A stretch of DNA of 64,000 nt, from assembly GCA_012295275.1 (NCBI GenBank), contig CM022679.1, forward strand, positions 30,876,001-30,940,000, given 5' to 3'. Positions 1-11,600 of the stretch are shown here, one piece after another (the stretch's first letter is position 1; the number at the start of each line of letters is the position of its first letter). Below the pieces are notes generated by a model, which had not been told where the DNA came from, searched no databases, and was given only the letters and a program-made list of their open reading frames with translations. A program made the translations under genes and the position numbers. The DNA comes from Chrysomallon squamiferum. Its lineage: Eukaryota > Animalia > Mollusca.

Positions 1-7
1 TATTTAC

Positions 8-101
8 CTGCATCTGTAACTATTAAACTTATACACAAATGTATTGTCTCTCCTATGAAATGTTTTTACTTTTGGCTTTGTTTTGTTATTTGGATTGTTA
101 T
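8..101 (-). CDS. Putative exon of a divergently transcribed gene (product unknown)
   Basis: Minus strand has acceptor tttattgctttatttccag, then 94 nt, then donor CAG|GTAAAT. One frame is open (NNPNNKTKPKVKTFHRRDNTFVYKFNSYRC); alternatively it is 5'UTR ending in ATG CAG. No recognisable homology. Confidence 0.35.
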
Positions 102-170
102 CTGGAAATAAAGCAATAAAACTTTTAAATGCTATTTTTTGTTTATTTTATTTGTACATAATATGTATGG

Positions 171-432
171 CAGGGCCAGATTTCCCATATAGGCTTTCTA
201 GGCTAGCGCCTAGGGCGGCAGTTTATGTTACATAAATTCGTATTTTCCCATTTGATTTATAAATAAATTATTATGTAAACGTAAAACCATGTTTTTGCTT
301 TCAGTTAGATCAAGTTATAACCATTCATATTATATAAACTAAGTGGGAAGGGTGAGGGGTACTTGCGCCTTGGGGAGGGAGCAGTAAAATTTCTTTAGCC
401 TATGGGCGGCAAGCACATTAAATCCAACCCTG
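171..432. mobile_element. Degenerate non-autonomous DNA transposon (MITE-like), about 260 bp
   Basis: Imperfect terminal inverted repeats CAGGGCCAGATTT / AAATCCAACCCTG; internal repeated GCCTA(T)GGGCGGCA; GC-rich ends in AT-rich context; no clear TSD. Confidence 0.55.
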
Positions 433-660
433 TACGTACGTATGTATGTACGTATGTATGTATGTATGTATGTATGTATGTTGTATGTATGTATGTATGT
501 ATGTATGTATGTATATATATATATATATATTCTCTCTCTCAATCTCTCTGTGTGTGTGTGTGTGTGTGTGTTTGTATATATATATATATATACACACACA
601 CACATATACATACATACACTTGCACACATACATACATACATACATACATACAAAATACAT
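433..660. repeat. Compound microsatellite (TATG/TA/TC/TG/CA/CATA)
   Basis: Visible directly; explains the MYVC/HTYI ORFs. Confidence 0.95.
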
Positions 661-789
661 AAATGTTATGTATATTTTTTATCACTCTCGAAAAAGCTAT
701 GAATTTCAAGCCGAATGTTTAATATATAATTATTTATATACTACTTGGGTGTGGCTTATTTATGGACGCATAAGATAGCGTACAACGAA

Positions 790-1086
790 GGATTGGCGAA
801 AACAAGTCGAAGCTGAAAGTGTTACCATAGCAACGTTGAAATAGAGGTTCATTTTCTAAAAACATTACGTTGTTATTAATCGGCCGATTTGTGTTACCAC
901 CATTGTTATAATTTGCTAATTCATTTTTTTAAATGTTGTCAGAGAATTAGAGATTATTATTATTATTTTTATTATTATTATTACGGACTGAGGACATCAG
1001 AAGTTCGCGCTATCTCCTTATAGTCAGAAAATTCGAAACACTTCCGGTCGCAAAAGTTTCGGACAAAGGTTTCTCAAACTGTATGT
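790..1086. promoter_or_regulatory. CpG-retaining, possibly bidirectional promoter (NF-kB distal promoter P1)
   Basis: RFX X-box GTTACCATAGCAAC at 821-834; ETS CACTTCCGG at 1039-1047; ATTGG near 792; candidate non-coding first-exon donor GTATGT at 1081. Confidence 0.5.
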
Positions 1087-1125
1087 TTGTCGTCGTTGGT
1101 GTTGTTTTTCACCATCATCATCATC

Positions 1126-1174
<49 letters not shown>

Positions 1175-1736
1175 TTCGTTTTCTACTGAACTGTTATCAT
1201 TACAGTTAATTTTTTTGTTAAACTATTATTACTATTGCAACATCTCTGAATGTAACAGTTATTTATTTTAAAATTTATTTTTTTTTTGTTTAAAGATTTC
1301 ATTCATTTGCTAACGTGGGTCTGTTGAGATTTTGTAACAATATCTCACGAACAGAAATGTAACAAGATGAATATTATATTCCGCTCAAAAATAGCTTATT
1401 AAATAACGTTTCACCTGGTTATAGATCAGTTTATTTCATTTAATAATGGCGAGGCGAGTATCGGTGACTTAAGAATAGACTTAATATGTAGAATGTTCAC
1501 TGATGTGGTATCCAGATATCTACAAGGTGTCTGTCTGTTTGTGTGTGTGTGTGTTTTCTTTTCTTTATATTCTTACCATGTTATTTTGAACTTTCGATCG
1601 TATTACAAATTTGTTGTTTTCATCTTCGTTACCACAACAATTAACAGCTGTTTGACATCTAACAGAAACAAGATGAAAATAGCTCAGAAACAAAATGACA
1701 TTATCATATCTACATTTTATTATCATAATAATAATA

Positions 1737-1767
<31 letters not shown>

Positions 1768-1888
1768 TATCAAGGAAAAGAAAACTAAAGTGATAAAACA
1801 GATGAGGAAAACCTAAGCATGTAATTTTTACTGTTACACTGACAGAGGTGATTATGATATATTTAGAAAAAAAATTAAATAAATACAC

Positions 1889-1932
<44 letters not shown>

Positions 1933-2180
1933 ATTATATAAAACAAACACAGATACTTAAACCTGTAAATGAAAAAAAAAAAAAAAAAAAAAAATTCATG
2001 GGCATTCTAAAATAACATTATTATGAAAATTCTGAAAAAGAAAGATGTAAAAATATTATCCAGAATTAAAACCATGTAACCAAGAAAAAAAAGAAGAAAA
2101 AGAATTATCCAGAACTAAAACTATGTAACCAAGAAAAAAACAATTTAATATAATAATAATAACAATAATAATAATAATAA

Positions 2181-2227
<47 letters not shown>

Positions 2228-2627
2228 ATAATAATAATAATAAATATTCTGAAATAAATAAAAAAATAATTTATTAATAGAAAATTCTGAATTAATAAGC
2301 ACTCAAGCTGTCTTCTTCAAGCGAGTTTAATAATTGATGACTGCAAAAATAAAAAAAAAAAAAAAATTGTTTGAAAAATATAAACTGAAAAATAAAATAG
2401 TAGAAATAAATCTATAAATATAGAATAATATAACAAGAATCTGTAATAGATCTTGCATTTTATTAATTAATGAAGGAAACAAGTAATCTGAAATAAAACT
2501 TAATTAGTTTATTTTAATTACTAAAATTAGATATATTCCATGACCTGACAAATATATTTATAATTAAAATATAATTGAAATTATTAAATAAAAAATACGA
2601 TTACGCATTAAATTTTAATCTTAGTAG

Positions 2628-2659
<32 letters not shown>

Positions 2660-2869
2660 TAAGGGATGCAAATGAAGAACAAGACAAACATAAATAATGA
2701 GTTTTAATTTCGTATGCTTCTATCATAATTTAAGTGGTGACAAAATAATTAATAATTTTGACTATATTTAAACTATTATTATTTTTGTTCGTTCAACAAC
2801 TTAATAATTTAATTATATTTTTGTAATCCACACGAAATCCATCGCAATACTAATGTGCAAAAAACATCA

Positions 2870-3542
2870 CCATGTTTTCCGGTATAATTACTTAATTTCG
2901 GAGATACCAGGATGTGGTATTTTTCGCGTCAGCAGTAGAATTATGTTATACTTTAAACGCCAAAACGTACATGTAAACAAGTGCGTGTGACTGATAACTG
3001 TTACTAAAATAGTAAAATATTTATACTTCAAACTATTAGCTTGCGCACGAGAATATAGTTTAATAATTCTTAGGAGAATAAATTTATTGATGAATAAGTG
3101 TATAACCAAAAGAGGGAAATGATTACAGAAACCAGGATATCGTATCATTGTTAAAAATAGAATTAAATCAATACACCCAATCATATTTTCAATACACAGC
3201 ACCATGTGATGAGTTCTTAGCCAATCAGAATTACCTGGGAATTTCCCAAATAGAACATCCCTTAATGGCGTAAACTGTTTACAAGCTGTCGTTGGAACAA
3301 GTTTTCTTTTGGAAAAGGAGACCAGAATAGTTATGGTAAAAATCATGTACATTAACATAAATGTGAAATTATTTTTAATTAATTTACAAGAATGATACAT
3401 TTTTGATGTAAACGAGACCCATCTTTTCATCGATTAATTGTAATTATTGTTATGAAAAGAGTCGAATAAAAGAACTTAAGCCATTGCTCTCCAATTTTTG
3501 TTAAAGTTATTAGGTGTTATTGTCGTTTTTAGCTTTGTAAGT
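2870..3542 (+). promoter_or_regulatory. Proximal NF-kB promoter P2 and non-coding first exon
   Basis: CCAAT at 3221; kB site GGGAATTTCCC at 3237-3247; E2F-like TTTTCGCG (2921) and CGCCAAAA (2958); forkhead-like GTAAACAA and TGTTTAC; donor GTAAGT at 3537. Confidence 0.5.
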
Positions 3543-4280
3543 TAGTATTATATCATTAAAGACTTATAAATGTTTGTTTTAATTAAAACTGTTCACACAA
3601 CTGACGTTTATTTTAACTAAAGAATATTGACAGCTCGAGTATACAACCATATCTTGTTATCCATGATAATGATATCGCCAGCAACTGAGTTAGCTTGATG
3701 GTTTGACGGGAAGTTCACTTGAGATGCTATAATGTATAAAAGTCATATAGTTTAATTGTTTTTAAATTAATTATTTTCATTAAAGATATAGGCATCAGTA
3801 TTATTTTAGATATAATGCACTTCTTGTTCTTTCTGCAGCCAGTAATAATTTGTGCTTTAAATTAACTTTTATTATTGTTGTTGTTGTTGTTGTTGTTATT
3901 ATTATTTCCATTTCGAAGGCCAAGTATTTTCAATAACCATGTCTGCTTAAGCACAAAATTATATTGACAAAGCTGATAATGTAGACTAAAAACTAAAATA
4001 AATGATGTTTAAATTGAATAACAGATAGATATGGAATGATCAAATGGTTGGCAGTGTCAACATGTAAAATTGTATGTAATGCATTGTATCCAATTTGTTT
4101 CATTTATTGATTGTCTCAATGTGTATCCTAAATACAAAAATATTGTCTTAATAGTTTAATAATCAACTTATTTTATACACCTCAGTTATATAATAAATGT
4201 AGGTATTTTTCAAAAAACATTTTAGTTTTATTTTGTTGATTAATATTTTTTTCACATAAAAAAGTACAGTTTTTAATAAT

Positions 4281-4404
<124 letters not shown>

Positions 4405-4867
4405 TATGGTGATCTCCCACATTTTTATTTTCAGTTTGTGTCCAATTTCTGTATTGTGTAAAGTCACATTAGCTAACCTGTGTCAGGTTCACAGCAATGA
4501 AAATAACTTATGTTCCATAATTATGCTTGTGTATTTTAATCTGCCGTCATAACCAATGCATGTGAATTCATGACTTCTTATACGATTATACTGAATTAAT
4601 GTTATCTGCCACTGATAACAAACAGTATTATATGATTATACTGAATTAATACTTAGTTAATAACAGATAATGGAAAATGTTTTCTATTATCTGTCACTGA
4701 TAACAAACAGTATTTAAAGAGAAAAAAAAAAAAAAAAAAAAAAAAATCTCATGGACAGACATAGAGCTGTTATTCTTCCTCCTTCCCAACCTCAACCTCA
4801 CTTCGACTTTTTAACATAGCCAAAGTTCCTAAAACCAATTTTTATTTTGTTTTTGTTAATTTCAGAC

Positions 4868-4985
4868 ATGGATGTAAACGGTGATGATTCCAATAGTTCC
4901 ATCCAGTTTACCATGGAAGCATCTGACTTCCCACAAACGATCTTCAATGGTGAATATTCACTTTTAAATGGCCATACACAAGATG
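4868..4985 (+). CDS. NFKB1: NF-kB coding exon 1 ([11 protein letters not shown]...GHTQD)
   Basis: Acceptor tttcag ends at 4865, ATG at 4868, donor GTGAGT; phase 1 matches exon 2. Confidence 0.75.
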
Positions 4986-5621
4986 GTGAGTAAATTTGAA
5001 AGTTTCGTAAACATGCCAAAAAACCCAAATGACAAACAAACATACAAACAAATAAACGAACAGAAAAAACAACAAAAATTCAAATAGGATGAAAATATGA
5101 ATGGGTTAGGTGCACATTGGCACATTTTAAAATTATTTTAACCCAATTTACTGTGACCCCCCTCAGCTGTGTTTTATGTATAATGTTGATTGTTTATGTG
5201 TCTCTGTGTGTGTGTTTAGGGGGAGTGTCCAGTGTATCAGAATAAAATTTTTTTTTTTCTTCTTAACTTTGCTAGGAGACAATTTTGAATGTATGATTAA
5301 AATCACTATATGAAAAATAATGAATAATATGATATTTACTAGACAAAACAGTATTAAAACTGTGGTGTCCTATGTATATGATATGAAAATATGATAGACT
5401 TTATAATTCATAAATAAGCTAAAATGGATTTGTCTTCACTATTATCAACACATATTTTGTAAAGTGCTTAGTTTTAATGTTTCAGAAGAAAAAAAAGGAA
5501 AAAAAGAAAAGAAAATATATCAAAAATGGTTTTATGTAACATAAAACCATTTTAGCCACACCATTTTATGGTTTAAGAATTTAGTATTTTTAAATATATA
5601 TGTAGATAGATAGATACTAAA

Positions 5622-5653
<32 letters not shown>

Positions 5654-8600
5654 CAGAATGGAACTTTAAATACTTTACCAAGCAACATATACTGAAATTA
5701 CTGTTACTATTATTGAGTATACTTGTTAATTTTAATGTTAATTTGTGCAGTTTCTTTAATGTTTGTAACTGCAGAGTATCAGCCTCACATTGTCATTGTG
5801 GAGCAGCCTCAGCAGAGAGGATTTCGCTTCCGCTACGAGTGCGAAGGACCATCGCACGGAGGCCTGCAAGGAGAAAAAAGCAAAAAGAGTGACAAAACCT
5901 ATCCTGCTATAAGGGTCTTTATGTTTACACCAATTTTTTAATTTAAGATTACTTATTTTTGATAAAGCATAGTTTTAGTCAAATGCTTGTTTGAATCGTA
6001 TCAGAGTTTTGAAAGAAAAAAAGAAGATAGAAATTATTTTATACGTTTTCCGTAAAAATAAATATATATATTTTTTTTAAATCAGTATATTCTGTAGTAG
6101 TATGAGTAAGTTAATTTTTCCTTTTAGCAGGACACACCTATATAAACACTGATGAAATAGCAGCACTGACAAGCATCGTGAATATTTGTGCTGAGAAGGA
6201 AATGTGTAGGGGGATTGTGTTTTTATTATTATCAGTATTTATAGGCAAAACATATTCCTTTTTGTCGCAGGTTGAAAATTATTCTGGACCTGTCCGTGTA
6301 GTGGTTACCCTGGTAACAGATGAAACTGAACCAAAACATCATGCACACAAGCTGGTTGGGAAGAACTGCAGTAATGGAATATGTGCTTTTGATACAGAAG
6401 TATCCAACAAGAATATTGTGTCAGTACTTTTCAATATTTTTAACAGAAAAAACGCAAGTGAAGTCATTCAACATAATAATCATTCCTAATATTACTGACC
6501 AAATCTTTCTTTTTTTAAAAACATTTAAACTTGTTTTATCTTTAAGAATATACCCATCACAATAATGGTACCATATTTTATTATTAGTATTATTTTTTTT
6601 ATTGTTACTTATTGCAAAGTTACATATATGTAGATGTGAATAGCATCTTTTATATTTCACAGATATTTCAATATTGTAAAATCAGTAGGAAATTTACAGT
6701 TAAATCTTTAGATTAAAATTTGTAAAAGTACAATTACTCTAAATCATTTAATACCTTTCTTTAGGAGTAGGGTTTTAACAGCAAGCTGTTCTTTGTTACT
6801 ACCAGTTTTATGTTTACAATAAAACATTGTTTTCTTTTGTTAATTAAAATGTGTTGATATTACACATGACAAGTTTGTGTCTGTGTGTGAAAAGGTGGGT
6901 ACATTTATTAATTTAATTATATTATAAATTTATATCAAATATTAAACTACTGATTTATTCTTTATCCATTATTCTTCTAGATTATCTAATCTCAGTGTTC
7001 TTCATGTCACTCGAAAAAAAGCTTCAGAAGTTTTGGAAAGTCGAATCATGGAATCCATGTTATTGGATAAAAGGGTCAAATTAGGTGACCTCCAAGCTGA
7101 ACTGTACCTAACAGGTGAATATGCCACAAATATTACTTACTTAACACATACATACACTAATTTAACTCTGTGAATGAAATTACAATGTTTAATAATAATA
7201 ATAACAAAGAAAAAAGAAAGTAAAGATAATTATCATAATTCACATCTGTTCATTGTGCCTCATACAGTTGCATTGCTACATTCTATCTGTTTCAGAATTT
7301 GTTCTTCTTATTAAAAATGTATCCTTTTCTACTTTTTGAATAATTATATATCATTTTTATAAAAAAAAAGAAAAACATTTCTAAGAGAAAGAAGAAGAAG
7401 ATTAATTCCTTTTCTGCCTTTTCTGTAATTATTATTTAATATTTGAAAAAAGAAAGAAGAAAAGGTTCATTAAAGGAAAATTGACTTCGTCTTTGTAAAA
7501 CAGCGTTCTCTATCAGATTACCTTATAATTATTTTTACAGTGATTTTTAAATGTGTATATTTCAAGTAAGTCTGTTTGTTTAGATTCAGAGAAAGAGTCA
7601 GCCAGAAAGCAGGCTGTTCAGCAGGCAAAGAACATGGCTCTGAATGTCGTCCGCTTGTGTTTCCAAGTCTACTTAGTAGACGAGCACAAACAGTACACCA
7701 GACTTCTTCCTTCCGTCTTTTCAAATCCAATATACGACAGCAGTTAGTGGCATTTATATTCACAATTACCTCTTTCTAATTCAATCTTTTTACTAGATTT
7801 TAGTTAAATTAGTTTATTTAGTTGTTTTAGTTTTCTTAATTAGTTAATTTTGTTTTCTTGACCTAGTTAATACGATTTATTTAGTTATTTTCTTAATTTA
7901 GTTGAATTAGTTTACTCAATATAGTTAAATTAATTCGCTTGATTTAATTAAATTAGATTGTTTGATTTATTTTATTTAGTTAAATTACTTTACTTGGTCT
8001 ATATTCTGTAAGATAAACCTGATATAATCATTTTTGTCAAGCTTTAGGTTGTGGCCATCTTTAACTTTCTTTGTTGTGTTTTTTCTACAGAGGCCCCTGG
8101 AGCATCAGCTTTGAAAATCTGTAGAATGGACAAGTATGGTGGCTGCTGCACTGGAAACGAAGAAGTTTTTCTTTTGTGTGAAAAAGTTCAAAAAGGTATG
8201 GAAATTATTTTGTTTTCACAGACATTTCTATTCTGTATGAACTTTACCAGTTTTGCAGCATGCCAGGGATATTTGTTTTTCATGTCTTCTATCTTCCAAA
8301 CTGTACAACATCGCAGATGACATTTATACACATTCCAAGTCATGAAATTCCTTCTACCGTAGTTATACATCAACTTAATACATAGCCAGTTAATAAAATA
8401 TGTAAATAATAAAGTTCATTGTCTGCAGTTGAAAAGAGAAGTTTAATTCTATTTAACACACTATTTCTGTTGTATTTGGCTTCTGTTATTTTATCATAGC
8501 AGATTTATTCATACTGGGAAAAACAAAAACAACAACAACAAAGGACTTAAACTTAACACTGAATCAGTTTCTTAACATATTTGTTTGAGGGCTGCAGTGG

Positions 8601-11600
8601 GATTATGGGTTACAAAATGAACCTTCCTTCATGAAGCCATTTTTCCCAGTACAAACAGTGCTCCATTGCTGGATGCATTGCAATTTATGCTTTTCTGTAG
8701 GTGGGGAGGGCAGTTAAAAGCTCAAATACAGCTGCTTAGATTTCCTCTCATACATTTACTTTTAAAAACATGGCAGCATTTAATAAAGAACCAATTTCAG
8801 GAATTTATGTTTTCACCTGGTTTCAGATGACATTATTGTTCGTTTTGTGGAGTATGATAATAGTGGAGATGTTGTTTGGGAGGCTAATGGAAATTTTGGT
8901 CCCCTCGATGTACATCGGCAGGTATGAAAATACCTTTTTGCATATTTAGTTTCAAAATGCATGAAGATGTTATTGTTTTGTTATTTTATTCGCCTAACAG
9001 TGTTTTAAATTCCTGCTTCACTAATTTTTGTAATCGTAATTTGTTAGTTTAATTTGGACTTCACTAATTTATAATTCTAAATCATATTTGACTAATTTGT
9101 AATTTAACTCGTTTGTAATTTTAATTCATATTTCACTAATTTTTAAATTTATCTCATATTTCATTAAACTGTAATGTAACTCACATTTCACTAATTTATA
9201 ATTTAACTCATATTTCACTAATTTATAATTTAACTCGTATTTTACTAATTAATAATTTAACTTATATTCCACTAATTTACAGTTTTACCTTGTATTTTTT
9301 CTTATTTATAATTTCAACTCGTATTTCACTAATTTATAATTTAACTCATAATTTACTAATGTATAATTCAACTCATATTTAAGTAGATTCTCATTTTTAA
9401 CACATATTTTACTGTAAAAGTTTTGTTGTTATTTCAGTATGCCATTGTTTTTCTTATTTCAGTTGTTTCTCATTTTAACTCATATTTTACTTTTAAAAGT
9501 TTTGTTGTTATTTCAGTATGCCATTGTTTTTCATATTTCAGTAGTTTCTCATTTTAACTCATATTTTACTTTAAAAGTTTTGTTGTTATTTCAGTATGCC
9601 ATTGTTTTTCAAACACCAAAGTACAGAGACTTAAACATCGAGAAAGCTGTGAATGTGATGATTATGTTACAGAGAAAGTCGGATGGAGAAGTCAGTGAAC
9701 CCAAAGCCTTCACCTATTACCCCCAGAATCTCGGTTTGTACTTCCTCTGTCATTTAAACAAACTTTAACTTACGGGATATTTTAAAAATAATAAGAAATA
9801 ACCCCCCAAAAATTGGTCGTTAAAAAATACATATTGTAATACGTTTGTTATATATTTTTCATAAATAATTCAATATGCTGGTTTAGAGACTTTTTATTTA
9901 TTTATTTATTTATTTAAATTATTTATTTATTTATTTATTTAAATTATTTAATTATTCCAGGATTAAAACCCTTATAATATTTGGTAGAAATTACTTTAAA
10001 AATTTTTTATTTTATTTATTTAATGAATTAGACAGTTAATAAATATTTTATTTACTAAAAGATTAAGTTTTAAATCATTATTTTAAATTATATGCGTCTA
10101 AGGTGCTTTTTCTAATGTACATTCTCCATCATTTTTTAAATTTTTTCGAAGAACTCTTTTAAAATTAACTTACTGTGTGTACTTTTTATTGCTTGTACAC
10201 AATTTCCAATTGTTTTATTTTTGATTAGACAAAGATGGTATTGCAAGAAAGAAAAGAAAAATTATTCCACCTCTGGATGGATTTCCATCCCCTTATCATG
10301 GAGGAGGGTTCGGTGGAATGGGGGGTGGAGGAGGAGGAGGTGGGGAAGGTGGAAATAATGGGTTTGGTAGGGGCAGAACACACAAATTAATTTTGCCAAA
10401 CGGAAGTGAGTGGTAAACCCTTATTTGAATAGTTACATTTTTATTATTTTCAATTAAATATCCTTTTATACTGCGAAATTAAATTGTTTAAATGAATACA
10501 TTATAGATGTTAATTTAAATTAAATATCATTATAAAGTATAATGTTTAATAGTTTAAATAAATTTGTATTATAAATGTTAATTTCAGTTCAGTATCTTAA
10601 AAAAGTGAATTAAAATAGTTTAAATAAATGTATTGTAAATATTAATTTGATTTAAATATCTTAAAGTGTTAATTTAAATAGTTTAAATAAAAGTATTGTA
10701 AATGTTATTTTCAGTTAAATATCTTACACTGTGAACAAAAATAGTTTAAATAAATAGGTAATAAAAATTTGTGTTTTCTGTTTTCAGATATAGTGAGCCA
10801 GAAGGGAAATGTGCCTGAAATGGTAGAGCAAGGTGTGTGATGTTTACATGTTACTTTGATTGTTTGTTTATGGAACTCTTTGTTTTCAGAGATCCAGAAA
10901 TTCTTGAAATATTCTGTCAGATTTTAATCCTTAAAAATCCTGAAATGTCCAAGAATATTTCTTGAATTAATTTTAAAACTTATCAAATATTCTTGAATTT
11001 TATATAATTATTTTGTTTTTATTACTTTCATTTTTATTCATTCTTTTTTTTTTCTTCCGCTTTTTAAAATGTGTTTCTTTTTCACTCTCATAACAAATAA
11101 GCAAATGAATATATACAGTTTATATTAAAATTAGATGGAAATGTTTATTTGTTTTGTTATTTTTTTTCTTTTTTTATAAATATTTAGTGTATATTTTTAT
11201 ATTACTGTTATTACTGTTGTTGCTTTTTGTTACTAATGTTGTGGACGTTGATGTGTAATTACTGTTTTTAATCCTCTCTGAACAGCTATTGATGATGTGT
11301 TTAATGAAAATCCCCAAGACTACAATCCTGCAGAAGATTATGAACGAATCTGCAGTGACCTGGAAGTTGACAGCGAGCCATTTACAGATCCTCTTCCAGT
11401 CACACAGCAGGAAGTCTTTATTCATTCTCAGAAGGGAAGAAATGCTTCAAAAGAGCATATTATTGAAGCCTTTAACAAGCTTTCGGTGGACGAAACAGAG
11501 CAAAAACGGAGAAACAAACCCGAACCTTCGAAATCTGTTTTGACGCAGGAATGCGTGAAAGAGGACACGAGAAAAAAGATGGCCTCTGCCTCTGCCAGGG

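Noticed and set aside
339-778. Overlapping MYVC/HTYI ORFs
   Set aside because: Translations of TATG/CA microsatellites.
2888-3430. 180-aa minus-strand ORF
   Set aside because: No recognisable domain; overlaps the promoter-like region; composition typical of AT-rich non-coding DNA.
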